Program-made: the position numbers and the translations under genes
NCBI RefSeq assembly: GCF_002113885.1
Contig: NW_018408780.1
Span: forward strand, 245,543 to 309,542
Source: Mizuhopecten yessoensis
Lineage: Eukaryota
DNA: 64,000 nucleotides
Reading direction: 5' to 3'
Notes under the pieces: generated by a model
Databases searched by the model: none
What the model was told of the DNA's origin: nothing
Seen by the model: the letters and a program-made list of their open reading frames with translations, nothing else
In this document: piece by piece, positions 33,945 through 49,138 of the stretch
How positions within the stretch are numbered: position 1 is the stretch's first letter
Layout: every line of letters begins with the position of its first letter

Positions 33945-34324
33945 TATGGCTGTCACAATATATCGGAAAACCTGTAGGTATATCGCAATACACGGGTATA
34001 TCGGTGTATCGCAATATTTTTCAAAAGCATATTTTTATGTATCTGCTTGACAAATTACTAAAAATTCTAACAGATATGCCAATAAGCATAAAGCAGGCTT
34101 TTAATAGTTAAAATTTTATAATCGATGATTGGTTTGACAAAAATCTTAAATCTATGTTATATAAATCCATATTATATATATATATGATTAAGTTTGATGA
34201 CATTGTGACAACAAGTTATTATAAAATTGAGCACATCCTTCCTATATCGGGATATGTATCGCAATATATTCATTCTGTATTGCAATATATCGTGATACAC
34301 TCTTGGCGTATTGCTACACCCCTA
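33945..34324. mobile_element. Non-autonomous hAT-like element with 8-bp TSD
   Basis: TSD ATCAAATA at 33937-33944 and 34325-34332; ends tatggctgtcacaata / tattgctacaccccta; subterminal tatcg repeats. Confidence 0.75.
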
Positions 34325-37300
34325 ATCAAATATATGTCTATAGTAAAGTTTAGTACAATTCACAATTTTGTATACGTACAAAAAATTACAGTAGAAGCTT
34401 TTCTTTATTGGTATGAAATCAACAATGGTATTTCCAAACTTATCTGTTGTGTGAAAATAATTTTATCATGCTACAAAACTAATAACTTACATACGACAAA
34501 GTCAATCTGATAATAGTGTCGTAGATTTAGTGATGATAAAGAACTTAAAGTAGTGAATACCAACGTATATTAACAATAATGTCAACACTATATTGTTGTC
34601 GATGTGTGATTTAGACATACTTACTCTTTAAAGGAGAGGCTTTGTAACTCATCCAGATCTTCCATAAAGTTACCACGGGTTCAACCAGTGCAGCTGTATC
34701 AGAGCGTACCGAAGTTGAATCCATACCATGTATTTTCTAGGGTTAGAAAATTAGGGTGACAAAATTGTTTTGTGAGAGTCGCTGAACCGATTCCTGAGTA
34801 CATACAGCCATGATCGGCTGAAATAATCTGGAGGTGCATGTATTTTAAGACACATCTAAGCTTGTAAATATATGATGAAAATTGAAATATGTTATAAGTA
34901 AAGCTGATATTTTGCACATGTCTATAGGTTTAATTAAAGCTGATGTGCTGTTTGATAGACATCCTGCTGCCTGATGTTAAAGGATTAGTTAGGTACTGTC
35001 AGTGAGGTTTCTGTGACATTTCTGCTATCTTTTACAGTCGGGCAATTATAATAATACAGGCAAATATATTGCAAGACTTTCACAAAATTGAAACGAAAAA
35101 TTAAAAAAAAAATATTGGTTTTGGTTCATGAATGGATGATGGAAGTGATGTATTCTATAACCTTGTTTTTATTTTCAAGGATCTGTTTACTTTAAAACTG
35201 TGGGAAAATATGTATTTATTTTTAGAAAATATATAATCTGAATTTTCATGGGAAATGTTAATTTTATATATCATGTATATTCTTGGTAACCTTCCCCCTA
35301 CCAACATCACCATTGCCAATAAGAACTGGTGTACTGGACTAAGTAACTGTTGAAAATGTTTAACAATTTATTTTGTCATCCTTTCACCCATTGTACAGAA
35401 AAACCTCATTGATTCTTACATTGATGATTGTTATTGTAAACTATTTTTAAGTCATATGAGAAAATATTCTAGAACATTGATGTTGACATTTAAATTAAGC
35501 CTTAAAAAAACCCACCACAAAACGTTCTTGTGAATGTAATGAAAATGCCTTTGATTTGGATTGATCACGTTGGTATGTATACAGTGCTTGTGTTTTTGCT
35601 AGCCACTTGATAATTATTTAGATTCCTGAGATTCAAACACATTCAATTTTACTTACAAAACTTTCTGCTTACTCCTCCTGACTCATGAGAATTTGAATGA
35701 GTAAGTATGGCTGGAAGCTAAAGTTTACTGAATATTGAAGAGAGCATTAAATTTACTGTTATAATTGTAGGCAACTCATTTAGATCTTCTACTGTAAATC
35801 TTATCTGATGTATGGTTGGTGTGTACTGAACTGGTAGACTACCAGTTACACTCCCCATTTAGATAATGAGAGGGGCATGCCCGATTCAGGTTTCAACTCT
35901 CACCTTGTGTATGGCATTCCCAATTTGTTGTGGGGGACAAATGTTGATAGCTTGTCAGTGTCAAATTTTTGTGTATCTGATTCTCTCGACCAGAGCACCC
36001 TTGATTGGGTACAGTTGTCAGTTATGGGGAAGTTTAGTGATTAAAGATTTAGGGTATGGCCTCCCTGCTGGATCCTGACAGTATGTAAACTAAAGTATTG
36101 ACCTTGGTTTAAATTGGACGTATTTCTTTTTCTTTCCTGTTATCATGACATGGTCAGCTTGAATACATTGGTAGTCATTCTTATATAAAGTTTCTCCTGG
36201 ATTTTCACAAATCCCATCAGTCTGAAATACAGTGTAATTGTCTAAACTGAACCCTTTATAAACCCGACATCTGACATGCTAAGTCCGACCTACAGCTACC
36301 TCCTCATACAATCATTGATTTACAATAGACATGCTTCAATCTATATTTTACTAGCATGCAAGCTAGGATAGCTGCTTTCCATATTTTTTCCAACATATAA
36401 TTATTGTAGAAAAAATAAGTTTACCAGGCATCTTGCTTGAAATTTATCTGGAATGCTATTTCCAGTAAAAAATAAAAATGCCATGAGCTTTTCTTATATC
36501 TCTAAAAAACAACAAAACTTTAATTATTAGGTGTGCATGCATGGTGTGTGTCCTGATAAGGATTTTAAATCTATAACCAACAGCAGAAATAAAACATTAA
36601 ATTATTACATATCAAACTGTACATTATAAACATCATTAGTGCAGCTGTATTAGTTTACATTATGAATTACATTTCAGAGAAACCATTTTTTTTTTTATCA
36701 AAATAGCAGTTCTAACATTAATGTTTGGAATATCAAGAATTTCTTTTCTGTAAATAGTTTTGCTTTCGCCAAAAAGTGTAAGATTTATTAAGTTAGTGGA
36801 GAAACAGTGATGGCCATGGGTGATAACACGATCCTGCAGAGACATCCCTATATAATATTTTCATTTCTTATAAACCAATCTTTGTAATTTTGTTGAAATG
36901 ACACTGCCAGATTTGTATGTAAATCGGGAGTACGGTACACAGGTACAGTAAATCTGCTTAATTTAAACTGACAAGAAAATGTCCACCCATATGAAAAGAT
37001 AAAATTCCTATGAAACCAGATTTTGAAGAAAAAATTACAAAGTTAAAAATGTTCATGTAGATAACATAAGGGTTATCTTCCACATTCATGGCAAATACCA
37101 ATGTAATGATATTGGAAAAAAAATCTTTCTAAAGATTAAAAATGAATGTATCAAAACATTATCAGGCTGCGATCATTAATTAGATAATATCATTCTATGA
37201 TCTCCCATCAGTTAAATGAAAATTTAAAGGGTTTCAGGTTTGCAATATGTCTGTCCTTTTCAGGATATTCCCCTTTTCTGTCCATTCCAAAAGTTTGTCC

Positions 37301-40300
37301 AAGCATATGTATATATACCTCTTGCTGTTTCATGTGGAATTGCTAATTTTGTAAATTTTGGTAAATTTTGAATGATGGAATGTTGCAGACCAAACTAAGT
37401 CACTGTTACCTATAGTTTGACCTCTGACACATATCTTGCACACTATTTCACTTTGACTCTTACCCAAATTTAGTATGCAAGTATACATGCATTTTGTGAT
37501 GTCGGGGTGTCACATTCCAAATGTAGGTCACTTTGACCACTGACATCAATCATTAAAAAAAATGTTTCCTTAAAGCAAATGAGCTTCTTTGTATCAGCTT
37601 ACTTTAGAAGTGGTTGAATCATACAGTATTAAAGTGTACACATATAGTGTCATAAAATAACGAATTCATTACTGGTGTTAGATTATAAATTTCATTCCAA
37701 TACTTTGATTTGTTTCTCAAAGTCCATGCATATAGTCTTAACAATGTCAAAATAACAAAGGCTTTATAACTTATGTGTGATTGTGAAGTTATCTACCAAC
37801 TTGGTTGATTTTTATGCAAGATTCAGACTATAATCCAGACCACTGTTTCATTTGGAATTTGAAACAAAATATCACTGGGGATCCACAAATCTTCCATGAA
37901 TATTATATTGCTATCTGATATAAAATTCACTTGATGCTCATGGATAAAATGCATTCTTTTACATTTAGAATTGAGAAAAAAGGAGATGCTGACTCAAACC
38001 CTACAAGCTTTCACTAAACCTAAAAGTATTAAAGTCGGGTTAAAATTTCCAGACAATGCTTATAGGTTAGTACAATAACTGGCATGCATGAGGAACACAT
38101 GGTTATCAGAGCTGTATGCTTGAATGGCTGTTGTGTCAATAAAAGTCAGGAGCACTGGAACACTGAGATCAGTTACCAGTCATATACACACTGATGATAT
38201 AGGCCTAATGCCCCATTACTGTCTGTCGGGGTGTAGTGGCCATCTGTTATTTTGGCTAAAATACCAAGGGGCAAGGGTGGCTGACCATAATATAAAAAGG
38301 AACAGCTATACTATCATATATAGGGGCAATGGCATGACTATGAACTGAAGTGGTTGACCATAACAGGGGGTCTGACTGTTAATGTACAAAAGTATAGCTA
38401 CTTTACAAGAAAATGGCATAGCTATAGCATATAGGGGCTAAGTTGGTTGACCATGATACAATTGTATTGCCTTTGTTGTAGGTTAAACACGATTCTTTGT
38501 TTCTCTCAAGATTAATCATGAACCATTGGGTGAAGGGTAAAAATATTGGCTATATAATACTTTCCTGGGTTAAAGGAAGTGGTCAAATAAATATGTAAAA
38601 AAAACTAATTTCAAAGAACATGTCTGAAGAACAGGAAGAACTAGACTCATCAAAAGAGTGATAAGTTAAAATTTACCAAACTTGGCCTTCACTTATATTA
38701 AAGGTCACAGGGGTTAAATTTGTTTGAACAATAAAACTTTTGAAGAACCAAGTGTCTTAATTGTTTGTTGGTCAGGAGCAGTTGCTGCAATGAAGTGCAG
38801 TAATGTTTATGAACAGAGATGACGGACCTTGGCCTATAAGGTCACAGGGGTCAAATGCTTTAAAATATTTTAACCGCTTCTTTTGAATAACAAAGAGGCC
38901 TATGTTTATAACATATGGCCATGCAGTAGCCTGATGTTGGGTTGCAGGACAGGTTATGAAGTTTATTCGATTAAATGACCTTCATGTATATTTCACAGGG
39001 GAAATAACATCTTCAAGGGACTTTTCGTTGTTCTTAAGATCCATTAGATCTAGAGTAACAAGTTTCCTAATAGCCTGGTGAAAAAATGTGTTAGGTGGCT
39101 GAAGTATTGGCTACCAGGCTGCTGACTATAGCTATATTACACCAGGGAATACATAGGAGAGGCTATGTAAGTAGGTTAGATGACCTGGGCTGTTGACTAT
39201 TCACACTGGGGAATACATAGCTAACGAGAGGACTATGCAGGAAGACTTAGTGTAAAGGTTACATGACCTGGATGCTGACTATAGCTATTACACCCGGGAA
39301 TACATAACTCATGGAAGAGGCTTGATTGCATGCAAACTTAGTGTAGTGGTTAGATGACCTGCAGACTGACACAGGGACTTATGTACACCTCAGGCTAACT
39401 ATTACAAAGGATTATGTATTTGACTAGGGTAACACAGGGATTGGTATCAATGCGACTGACATCCTCACTTGATCAGGGTATTTATATTGGTCGGCTTTAG
39501 ACCAGCTTGCTAATTAATCCTAGGGCTAGACGGACTGATCAAGATCACCTCACTGTGCAAATACTGTGTACTCTGGTCTCGATGCACTCAGCTGCATTTT
39601 AATCCGGTTAATGAAGATCAGACAAATAAATCTAGACTCCTGTAGATATAAAATGAATTGAATATTCATATCTGTCTTAAGTGCAATACACCTAGGCTAA
39701 ATGTACAAGCATGCTATGCCTACATTAATATTTACATTGAAATATGATTAATTGGCTGTTTATTAGTAAAATATTATTAATGAAGTGTCAATTTAAAATG
39801 CAGACTAGCTGCGTCATAGATTCCAAGCAGACATCTTTGAATTTAAAAGATATCTACAGATACGTCACTGCTGATCATGTGAATTGTGATTCACTGCTGA
39901 GATGTACATATTGTGTCACCAATTTATCAAACCGAGTTAATGACAGTTTCACAGAACTTGGTTCCAGATATAACACCTCTGGGTACACAATTTATTTCTT
40001 ATCCTGTGATGGATGACATGCTTACGCAGAGAAAATATTTGTGAGTAAATTGTATATCAAGTAGGGAAATGTTAAGCATTTCTTTTATAAACTGGAAAAA
40101 ATGAAATATCAGGAAAATGATGTGCTTGAAAAAGGCTCTAAGAGATGGTGTCAAAAGCTCATGACATGATAAAGTTTTGATCCTGAATGTATTGTGTTTT
40201 TATCATTTTCAATATGGTGGGATCTGGACTCAACCTATTCCCAAGCTCTTACATCAATGATTTTTTTTTATTAAACTTTATCATTTTGAGGCTATATGAA

Positions 40301-40361
40301 GCATAAGTTATGACACATTTATCTTAAATATGAAAGAATGTGCAACATCTGCATTTATTGG

Positions 40362-40481
40362 AGAAACACACAGTAAAGGGATAATTCCTGACCAGATACT
40401 CTGTCAATATAAACTGTGTGTAGAAACACACAGTAAAGGGATAATTCCTGACCAGATACTCTGTCAATATAAACTGTGTGT
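40362..40481. repeat. 60-bp tandem duplication
   Basis: agaaacacacagtaaagggataattcctgaccagatactctgtcaatataaactgtgtgt x2. Confidence 0.9.
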
Positions 40482-40670
40482 TCCTTTTGCTGGAGCTACC
40501 TCCTGTAAGAGTGGTTAATAATATAATTTACAGAAGAATGTATACCGGGATGTAAGATACATTATACCGTATTAGGCCTAAAGGTAGCCCATCTTGGAGG
40601 ATATGTTAAAAAAGATTTGTGTTGCATATACCATCATACCCTCAGATTTAGAATTTCTCCTCATGGTTAA

Positions 40671-40753
40671 CCCTTTCACCACTGTAGACCATAATGGACT
40701 TATCCAGATCAATGCATGGTAGAGTCTACTAAAGTTACATAGGGTTGAAAGGG
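40671..40753. mobile_element. 83-bp MITE subfamily A copy with perfect TTAA flanks
   Basis: TTAA at 40667-40670 and 40754-40757. Confidence 0.85.
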
Positions 40754-43700
40754 TTAATACAGATTTCACACTGCCATGTAAGGTAACTGACTGATCTTTG
40801 ACTGTATAACAGGGCAGAAAACTGTGTCAAATATGGTAGAGAAACCCTTCTAACTGAACAATGTCTAGTCCTCCCTATACATGTAGACATAATGGGCTCT
40901 TTGGTCATTGATCTGACCTGGTTTAAGGTTGTATGAGGGGGGTATCAGGATGATGTATGTGACCCTGTACATGTACTAGGTGTAGTACAGGGCAATGCCA
41001 GACTTGGAACATCTGGTCTATACATCTGGTGGGAGGCTGTGATGTTCTTTTTCTTTCATTATTTATCTCTGTCAGTTAAAAGGGTCCCAAGCCCTATAGA
41101 GTTCTCAAACTATGTGTTTGAGGTGTAGGACCCAACACCCTTTGTTGTCGGGGTTTGTTAGATTGAAAGAGAGATTTTGATGGTGTCGGTGCATGGGCTT
41201 CTACTATAACATCCATGGGGTACCCTGTCAATGCTAGCTAGGTGTTTACATGGGAAAAGTTGTACTTGTTGGGTCTGTATTACAAATGTATACATCCCTA
41301 GGATTCACCACTTAAAAGGTTATTTTGTAATGATGTTCAACGCCACTTGTAGCAACGTATTACAAATAGCTCAAATTTATGTCATTCTGTAAAATTTGAT
41401 TAGCAAACACGTATTTTCCTATTTAAAGCTAATACATGTTTGTAATTTGGATTCAAAATAATTCCTATCTGATAAGGAACATGACACTTTAAGGCTTAGA
41501 TATTTTCTACTTCAAATTTATTGATACTCTATCAGGGTTTATATGGGTTCTACTTCATTCAATTTTGGGCTGAATTTCCTATGGGATATAGTGTGTTTTT
41601 CCCTGAAGTTTTGTCCTAGATTTCCTCAATTGTTTTAGGGGAATTCCTGTTATTTTCATGTAGCTAGTATACCACTTTACAAAGTTACAATTTTGTAACA
41701 GGTGGCCTTACTGAGGAAAGAAATGCTTAAGTTATCCTTAAAAAAAAACAAAAAAAAACAATGTTACATATATAGCTAGCTAGCGCTAATCCAAGGGTTA
41801 AAAAATTGGAAATTTCACATACTCATATAGTCCATTATAAAAATGGCTCTAGGGAGTTACCTGAAAACCATGCGTGGTACGTATACCGAACCTGGAAATG
41901 ATATGCCTTTCAGGAGTAGTTAAAGCACTATTTGGCACTCTCTCTGTGTGCCACTAATCCTGAAAGCCGTGCTTTGCTGACAACAGACAATTCAAAACAC
42001 CATTTTCGCCAAAATTTGGTTTTAGACATCGCAATCATGGAAAATAATTCGATTTTGACTTTAAAATCACTTCCAAAAATTGTCAATTAGCTTGTTTTTT
42101 CACAAGAATTAATCTGATAAATGGAAGTTGAGTAATTCATTTCCTGTCATATTAGTATTCTGGAGAGGTAGTCCTGTAAATTGCAGTTGAGTTGTAATTA
42201 TTTTTCCCTAACTCTGAGCAAGTTAATACTGACACTGATCACTATGTCTTGGAACTCTAAGTCTCCGTACTAGTGAAGATTAAACAACAGTGGGTCATTT
42301 AAATTCTGATTCAAGTTGAAGAAGACATTTTGCCCGTAGATTCAGGGGAGTTTATCTCATTATGTCAAACATAATTTGTGTCCACCCAGTGTAATGACAA
42401 CTGTATTTGGGGTCATTATTGATAAGGGTGACAAATTGGCTCTAACAGCTCCAAAAATATTCTGTTTGCTCTGAAGATCTTGTTAACCTTCAGATAACTT
42501 ATCAAGGTGAATCTCGCGTGGGTATCAATGAGATTCTACGTTCAACATTTTTAAATACTTTACCTTAAATTACCATGTAATAGTGGAACAGGCCATTATT
42601 TAATTTGATCTGGAGCGTTTTAAGAGGTTTCAAATGGCTGACAGGCTGATTCGAATAAGGATAGAAACATTCCTTACAATTATTGCTTTTTAGGTTGCAA
42701 TCTAATATTAGATGAGAATTATTGCCAGTAGGAGGTAATTTAATGAACAAGGAAAGTTTGAATGTATTCAAATTGACTATTTAATTAAAACTCTAGATCA
42801 ATCATGTTGTCAAAGTTACAACATTTTTCATGTATTAATCATCATGTAATAGTGAACAGTAGACCATGCACATGTTTGTATTGCAAACTATGCACGTGCA
42901 GTGCTCTTCCAAATGCCTCCCCCATATTGCTAAAAGTGAGCAGTATGTGACTTGTCTGGAATATGTTAGCTTTGTCTTGCAGGAAACATTCATGTATGTT
43001 TGTATGTATTTGAAGATCTGTCAACAAAAGAGAAAAAAGTATCCATTTAACATGTAGAGTTACGAAAACAATGTCAAGTTCATAATCAAAACGTTAGTCT
43101 AACTTACTTTAAGGTTGCCTTAGATAATGTTTATAGTTTATCAAGTGTGGATTTCATGTGTTGATGAGTAATGTTGATCGATTGGGCATTGATTAAACAT
43201 TTTGTATGATGTCACAGTCCAATGTTGATTGTCTGCCACAACAACTAAGAAAATGATGACAGTTCATGTCGGGGATTTCAAACCCAAACTTTGAGACAGT
43301 TGTGGACTTTCATCAGCCCTACAAGACTTTTGCTAAACAGTTCACGGTAAGGGCACTGAGAGACAAGACAACAAAGCAGACTTCCTTTATCAAGTACTTA
43401 ATTAAGGATGTGCCTTAGCCAATCAATTCCTGTGACAGCCAGGAAGACAAAGGCATCAACTGACAATCGTTTGCATATTCTAAGATCAGTATAGTAATTA
43501 AAATAACTGGGATATCTGGGGTCACGTCGCATGATATAGTCAATGAGGTATAGACACGAAAGCACATTTCAGCACATTTTATGTGGCATAAAAGATATAG
43601 TCAACAAAAGTTTATATATTTTAGTGGAATATATATTATACAGGATTCAAAAAGTTTGGAAAAAATAAAATCAGGCCAATAATATCTTTCATTTATCTAT

Positions 43701-46700
43701 TTTTTTCCCCAACATTTTTCACACTTGTTATATTTTTTGCCATTATAAAGACATGCACCTACAGTACACTGCATTGATAATTCAGTTTCTAGGTCCCCAT
43801 GTACTAATTTCTATGTAACCTGTATAAACCTGACATTTGAACAGCTAAGTCCTCTTGTACACGTTGTACAAGATCTATAAGACATGACAGAGAGTCACAC
43901 TTTGGTCTTCTCCATTGTGTTGTGGTAAACGTGTCTGTGAGACATATGACAGAGAAGTACACTTGGGTCGGTAAATACCAGTCTGACAATGAGGAGGAAA
44001 AAATGGCTTGTCTATCATGTGATCAAATTGCATGATGGAGTATGTTTTGTTTGTTGTATTATATATAGCGGCAAACTACATCTGTACAAACGGGGATGTA
44101 ACAGGGCAATCGTAGGAACATTGTCAGGGAACTCGGCTAAGTCGACATTCTTGGAATCATTCCATGCATACAAAACAGGGATAAACATTGATTCCTGTGG
44201 CAGAGTTCACAAAAAGTAGCATGTATACAGGCTCAGGGCCCATAGGAGACTCGTTACAGCAACATACCACCTCCGTCTGATCTGATCAGGAGTCCTCAAG
44301 ACAAATAGACACTAAGACAGTGTAACTGTACGCAATGTATCCTGATCAAATCGAGGCTTATATTCAAGTTTGCAATTACATGTATTGGTTTTTTTCTTGT
44401 AAAATGAAATGCAGTTAAATGTAAAGAAAATTGGATAACAAGTGTTCCTATTTCTATACCTTATACTGTATAGAGGGTATGAATTATTTGGTAAGATAAG
44501 GCAGCATCAGGAAAGTCAGGGTTAAAACCTAAGAAACATGTCGTTTGCACGCAAAATCATGTTACAGCATATATATATTTTTACTGGTAAATATGTCCTT
44601 TAAAGCAGGTGTTTAGGTAATGTAACTTTTTTTCTTTGATTAATGAATGGTTTAAAACATTATCTATCAAATTGAATTGTTTCAGTTAAAAAACAATAAA
44701 ATTTTACATGATAATGGTTACAAAGGCGTTAAATTGTGTGACCAAAATATAAAGTAACTGGATCTACAAAAAGGTTAAAGCTGGGATGTATGTGTAACAT
44801 GTACATTTTGTAGATTTAAGGATGAGTTCTTCCAGAGAGTTTGTCCTTGGCCAAATTCCTGGATTGACATGTAAATTGTTCCAGAAATAAAACTTTCTAT
44901 CTTATGTGACCGTTCCTGGATAACTATAACCCATAATAAAGTTTACAAAAACTCAGTTTACTCCTGGGGAGTGAGATACAATACAATATGTTTTTCTCTT
45001 TGGAATTCAGGGAGAGTTACATGTGATTTCCCTCTGGCATTATAAGGACTTAATGAATATCAGGAGAGGTCTTTATTATTGGATTTTCACATCTATTGGA
45101 TTGGTGAATACGAATAACATCCCGGCCCCTGTGCCATTTTCTTGTGATTGTGTAGTGTATGGTGCTTGCAGAGGTATGATTTCTTGTATACATATATATA
45201 TATATATATAATGATGTGTGATGTAAAATTTGTCAGAACCATGATTATTAGAACATCAATATTCTAAATATTTCACTTGTTATCGCAAAAAAAGGAATGG
45301 CATTTTATTGAACATTCCCCCCCCCCCCCACAAAGAAATATAAGATGAAAGATACATTTGATCTTTGCTAATATGTCTTTGTTTTTTCCTTGCTTCACTG
45401 ATCATAATTAAGGCTTATAATTGTGCATATGAAACATGTAGTTTAGACTGTTCTGGTTGATTATACAAAGCTGAACTACACATGTATGGAATTCCTTCGT
45501 AGTTCTGACAGTCTCTGCTTGTGCCAATTATTTTTTTCTCTAAAATATTTTCTGTTGATATGCACCTACTGTAGGTAATTTGTATTGCTCATGGAAAAGT
45601 CTGTCTGTTGCCATTGAAATGTTTTCCAAATATCCTTTAAAAACTGACAGTTTTTACTATTGGTAAATTACAATAACAAATGGTACAGTAGAAAGAAATC
45701 TCTATGAACTTGATATTGTTAAAAGCTAAAAAAAAACATGAAATTCTTAACTCGATTTACATTGTAGCAGGGGGGCTGCTAGAAATGTGTAATGTCTTAT
45801 AGCTGCCTGTAGAAGGCAGTAATGTTAGGCTATATATTACACCTATATTACATAAATCTGGTCAAAAACTCTATAAAGATTTAATCATTAACCCGCAGGT
45901 AAGTATATTGTACCGGTTGACTGATTTACCTGCCCATCAACATACCTCGGCAATACCTTACCTTATTTCACTGTGTACTTTTATGTATTTCTCCGTGCTC
46001 ATCTCTATATTTTTCACCCTATTTCACTATATATATAAGTGCATTTTAATTCAACAACTGCAGATAAATGTCCACATTTGTTCAACTGTTTCACACTTGC
46101 CAACGTTTTGAAATTTCCATGGGGGAGATTCTGCATGCTCAAAATTAAAAGATAAATAAAATGAGTATGCAACCCTAGACACATAATAACCCTTTATTAA
46201 GGAACAGTTAAGCAAATTCACAGGTTGAAAACACTAAACTTACGGGTAAAAAAATATCGAGTCTCTCTCCTTAATAGGGAGGGTTGGCAGGTATCTAGTC
46301 TTTTACCCTGTTTCACTGTATAAGTGTGTCTACTGATTTCACTCTTTATACCCTTATTTGTTTAGAGCTGTATTATTTTTTGATAAAAATAAGATTTTGG
46401 GGAAAATAAAGTGATTTTTGTAATGATTTAGGGAAAGAACAGCAAAAATTATCCGGTCATTTTGGTTGTGTGGTTGTTATTCAATGGTCCTAAACTGTAC
46501 ATTCACTGCCAGGGGCGGTCTTCAACTATATTTTAAAAGTGGTTTTTTTGTAAGCTCACCCTGTTACCTAACCTGTTTGTTATGCTCATGTCCATCTCAT
46601 ACATTCTACCAAAGTTTACTATACTAGACAGAGAGTGCCTTCAGACCATATTTCACTATGTAAATTGATAAACACCCTTACAATATGCATGCCCCACTCC

Positions 46701-48778
46701 TTTCTCACCCCAATGTTGTACTTCAACTGTGTAAGCGCCTAAACCATTATACAAAAATATCTAAGTAATGCCTGCATGTTAAATTACACTTGTGTCATTA
46801 AAGCTGGAATGAAGTATTTGCACTGCAGATAAAATCATCAAATGCTATTCCATCCAACAATTACATTGCTTACAATAAATGCCACGCTATCTCTTGTATC
46901 ACACGTTGGAGCCGATAAAATCTCAACCTTAAATTTCAATCTGATATTTCCATTGAACGATTCAAATCTGTTTATTCACAAGATATCAGGGTGTATTGCA
47001 GGATTGTGTGGGTGCCATTGGCAGGCAGATACAAATACTCAAGTTAAGGAGTTATGCTGCATGACACTTTTAACACTCGCTTTCCTTCCAAATGAGTTCT
47101 TTTAACACCTGAAAAACTGGGAAATGTTTTTGATCATTATTTTGACACTTAAGGTAAAAAGAACCATCAAGTTACACAACGTTATTACCCTTGTCACCAT
47201 TGTGAAATATAATTGTTGAAACTTTTTTCCAAAGGGTGTTCAATAAAAATCACATGTTGCCATGCATGTAATGGCATTACAGTGGTTTGAAATTTAAATG
47301 TTTGAAAATTTATAGAAATGAAAGAGTGAACACAAAAAAAGCAGGATTTGAACTCTGAAACAACGTTACAAAGCCTATGCTTTATCGACTCTGCCATCTA
47401 GGAATTATGTCTACAAAGGATAAAGATATATTGTCCAATTTAAAGGCCCCAAATAAAGCCAATCACAATGAAAAAAGACAGGGGAAGATGCTCTAGCCAG
47501 AAAACTCCTTTGGGGCTGCTTTATCTTCTCAATGGAATGGAGAATATTCAAATTAAAATAAAAACCTCAGAAACTCAATTTTTGAGACTTTAACTGATTC
47601 AATATTGTTCCCTTTACCTTCAGAAAACTGAAAAATGTCTTTGATAGAAATTTAGATGCAATTAATTGGTTGTGATAGTTATATTTTCAATAAAAAATAG
47701 ACTCACTGAAATGAATGCATGCACTAACACTGTGCTAGTAATCCTGAATCGATGAGTAATGCTAATTGAATTAGAAGTGGAAGAACTCTTCAACCAATAT
47801 TAAAGGTATATTTTGTAAGGTAGCATACAGCCTTAAGTCACTTGTGCATTTCGTGTACTTGTAAGTCAAACACGGTTATTTCAAACTTAACAAAACGTTT
47901 CATTACAGTGAAGCTCTGATCGAGGCTGAGTGGGAGAGGTTTCCAGATCTCATTTCTTCTCCCATACAATTTTGAAATTAAGTAGCTTGAGAATGGGAAT
48001 GTATAAATTAAACAGTTCCTGTAAGAGTTATTTCCCTTCTCAATGAAGTTTTGCATTATAATGTGGTGTGCGCATGCCTTTCCAGAGTCTAAACATCAAG
48101 TATGTCCAAATTCAAGACATTTTACAGGTTACTATGATGAGTATTTCTTTTGGACAGGGGATATATCATCAGGGCAAGTATCATGTATCCTTAATTTTTT
48201 AAACATTTTTTATTCTGCCAAAACAAACAATCAAGTGCAGCAGCCTGACAGGTGTTCAAGCATATACACAAATATGTGGAAAGGGAAGACAGAAATCTGA
48301 AATAATATTGAGTGTATCTGATATATGAAATAGAACCGCTTCGTTAAATTCTCTATATAGTCTTCCAAACATTCTATTGTACTCTGCCAGAAAATTATAG
48401 CAGAGTGACTAGACATTGTAGATGTTTGTTATTGGAAGTCCATTATCGAAAACTGTGACATGGCGACAGTAGGATGCCAGTCTGTTTGTTGAACTGGAAG
48501 GGGCTTAATGTTACCGGGCTTAATTCCTTTGTGAATATGTTTACAAACGTTTTCTGATTAGTGTCTGGAACAAAATCATATTCAGTTGTGAAGTGTCTTG
48601 TTACTGGTATGAAAAAATGAAAAATATTAATCATAATATTATGAGTTCTAAAAAAAAAATAAGTCTGGATCTTGATATATTGGAGTAATGCCCATTTTGT
48701 GCTACATTGTATACAAAATTATGAATGTATATTATATGTCTTTGCAGGGACACAACATTGAATAAACACACCTTTTTT

Positions 48779-49138
48779 ATAATAATAGTACTAATAATAA
48801 TTTTAGGTTCTTATATACCGCATTATCACAACCTAGTTCGTAGGTCGTCTCAAACTGTTTCACAAGTTATTATCCTTGGTTAAAGGGCTTTTGCAACCAG
48901 CCAATATCTTTCTCAACTCCCTGGGAAGCATACAGCTGGTGCTGCCATTTCGGCGCTCACAGCTAGCATTCAACAATTCTAGCTCTGCCCAACCAAGTAC
49001 TCCTTTACAGCTGAGTAGACTGGAACAAGCGGAGTAAAGTATCTTGCTCAAAGATACAACACAGTGCCGTGAGTCGAACCCGCAACCCTTTGGTCACAAG
49101 CCCAGCCTCCTACCACTAGACTATACTACCGTGCCTCC
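48779..49138 (-). mobile_element. Full-length tRNA-derived SINE with CORE-like central domain
   Basis: Minus strand: A box tagtctagtgg, B box ggttcgactc, core-like gtatctttgagcaagatactttac, 3' end gcggtatataagaacc plus (tat)n tail. Confidence 0.8.

Noticed and set aside
34699-34917. 72-aa minus-strand ORF as a nested gene
   Set aside because: No recognisable homology or supporting exon structure.
47343-47398. tRNA-like A/B boxes on the minus strand
   Set aside because: No cloverleaf; at best a decayed SINE head.
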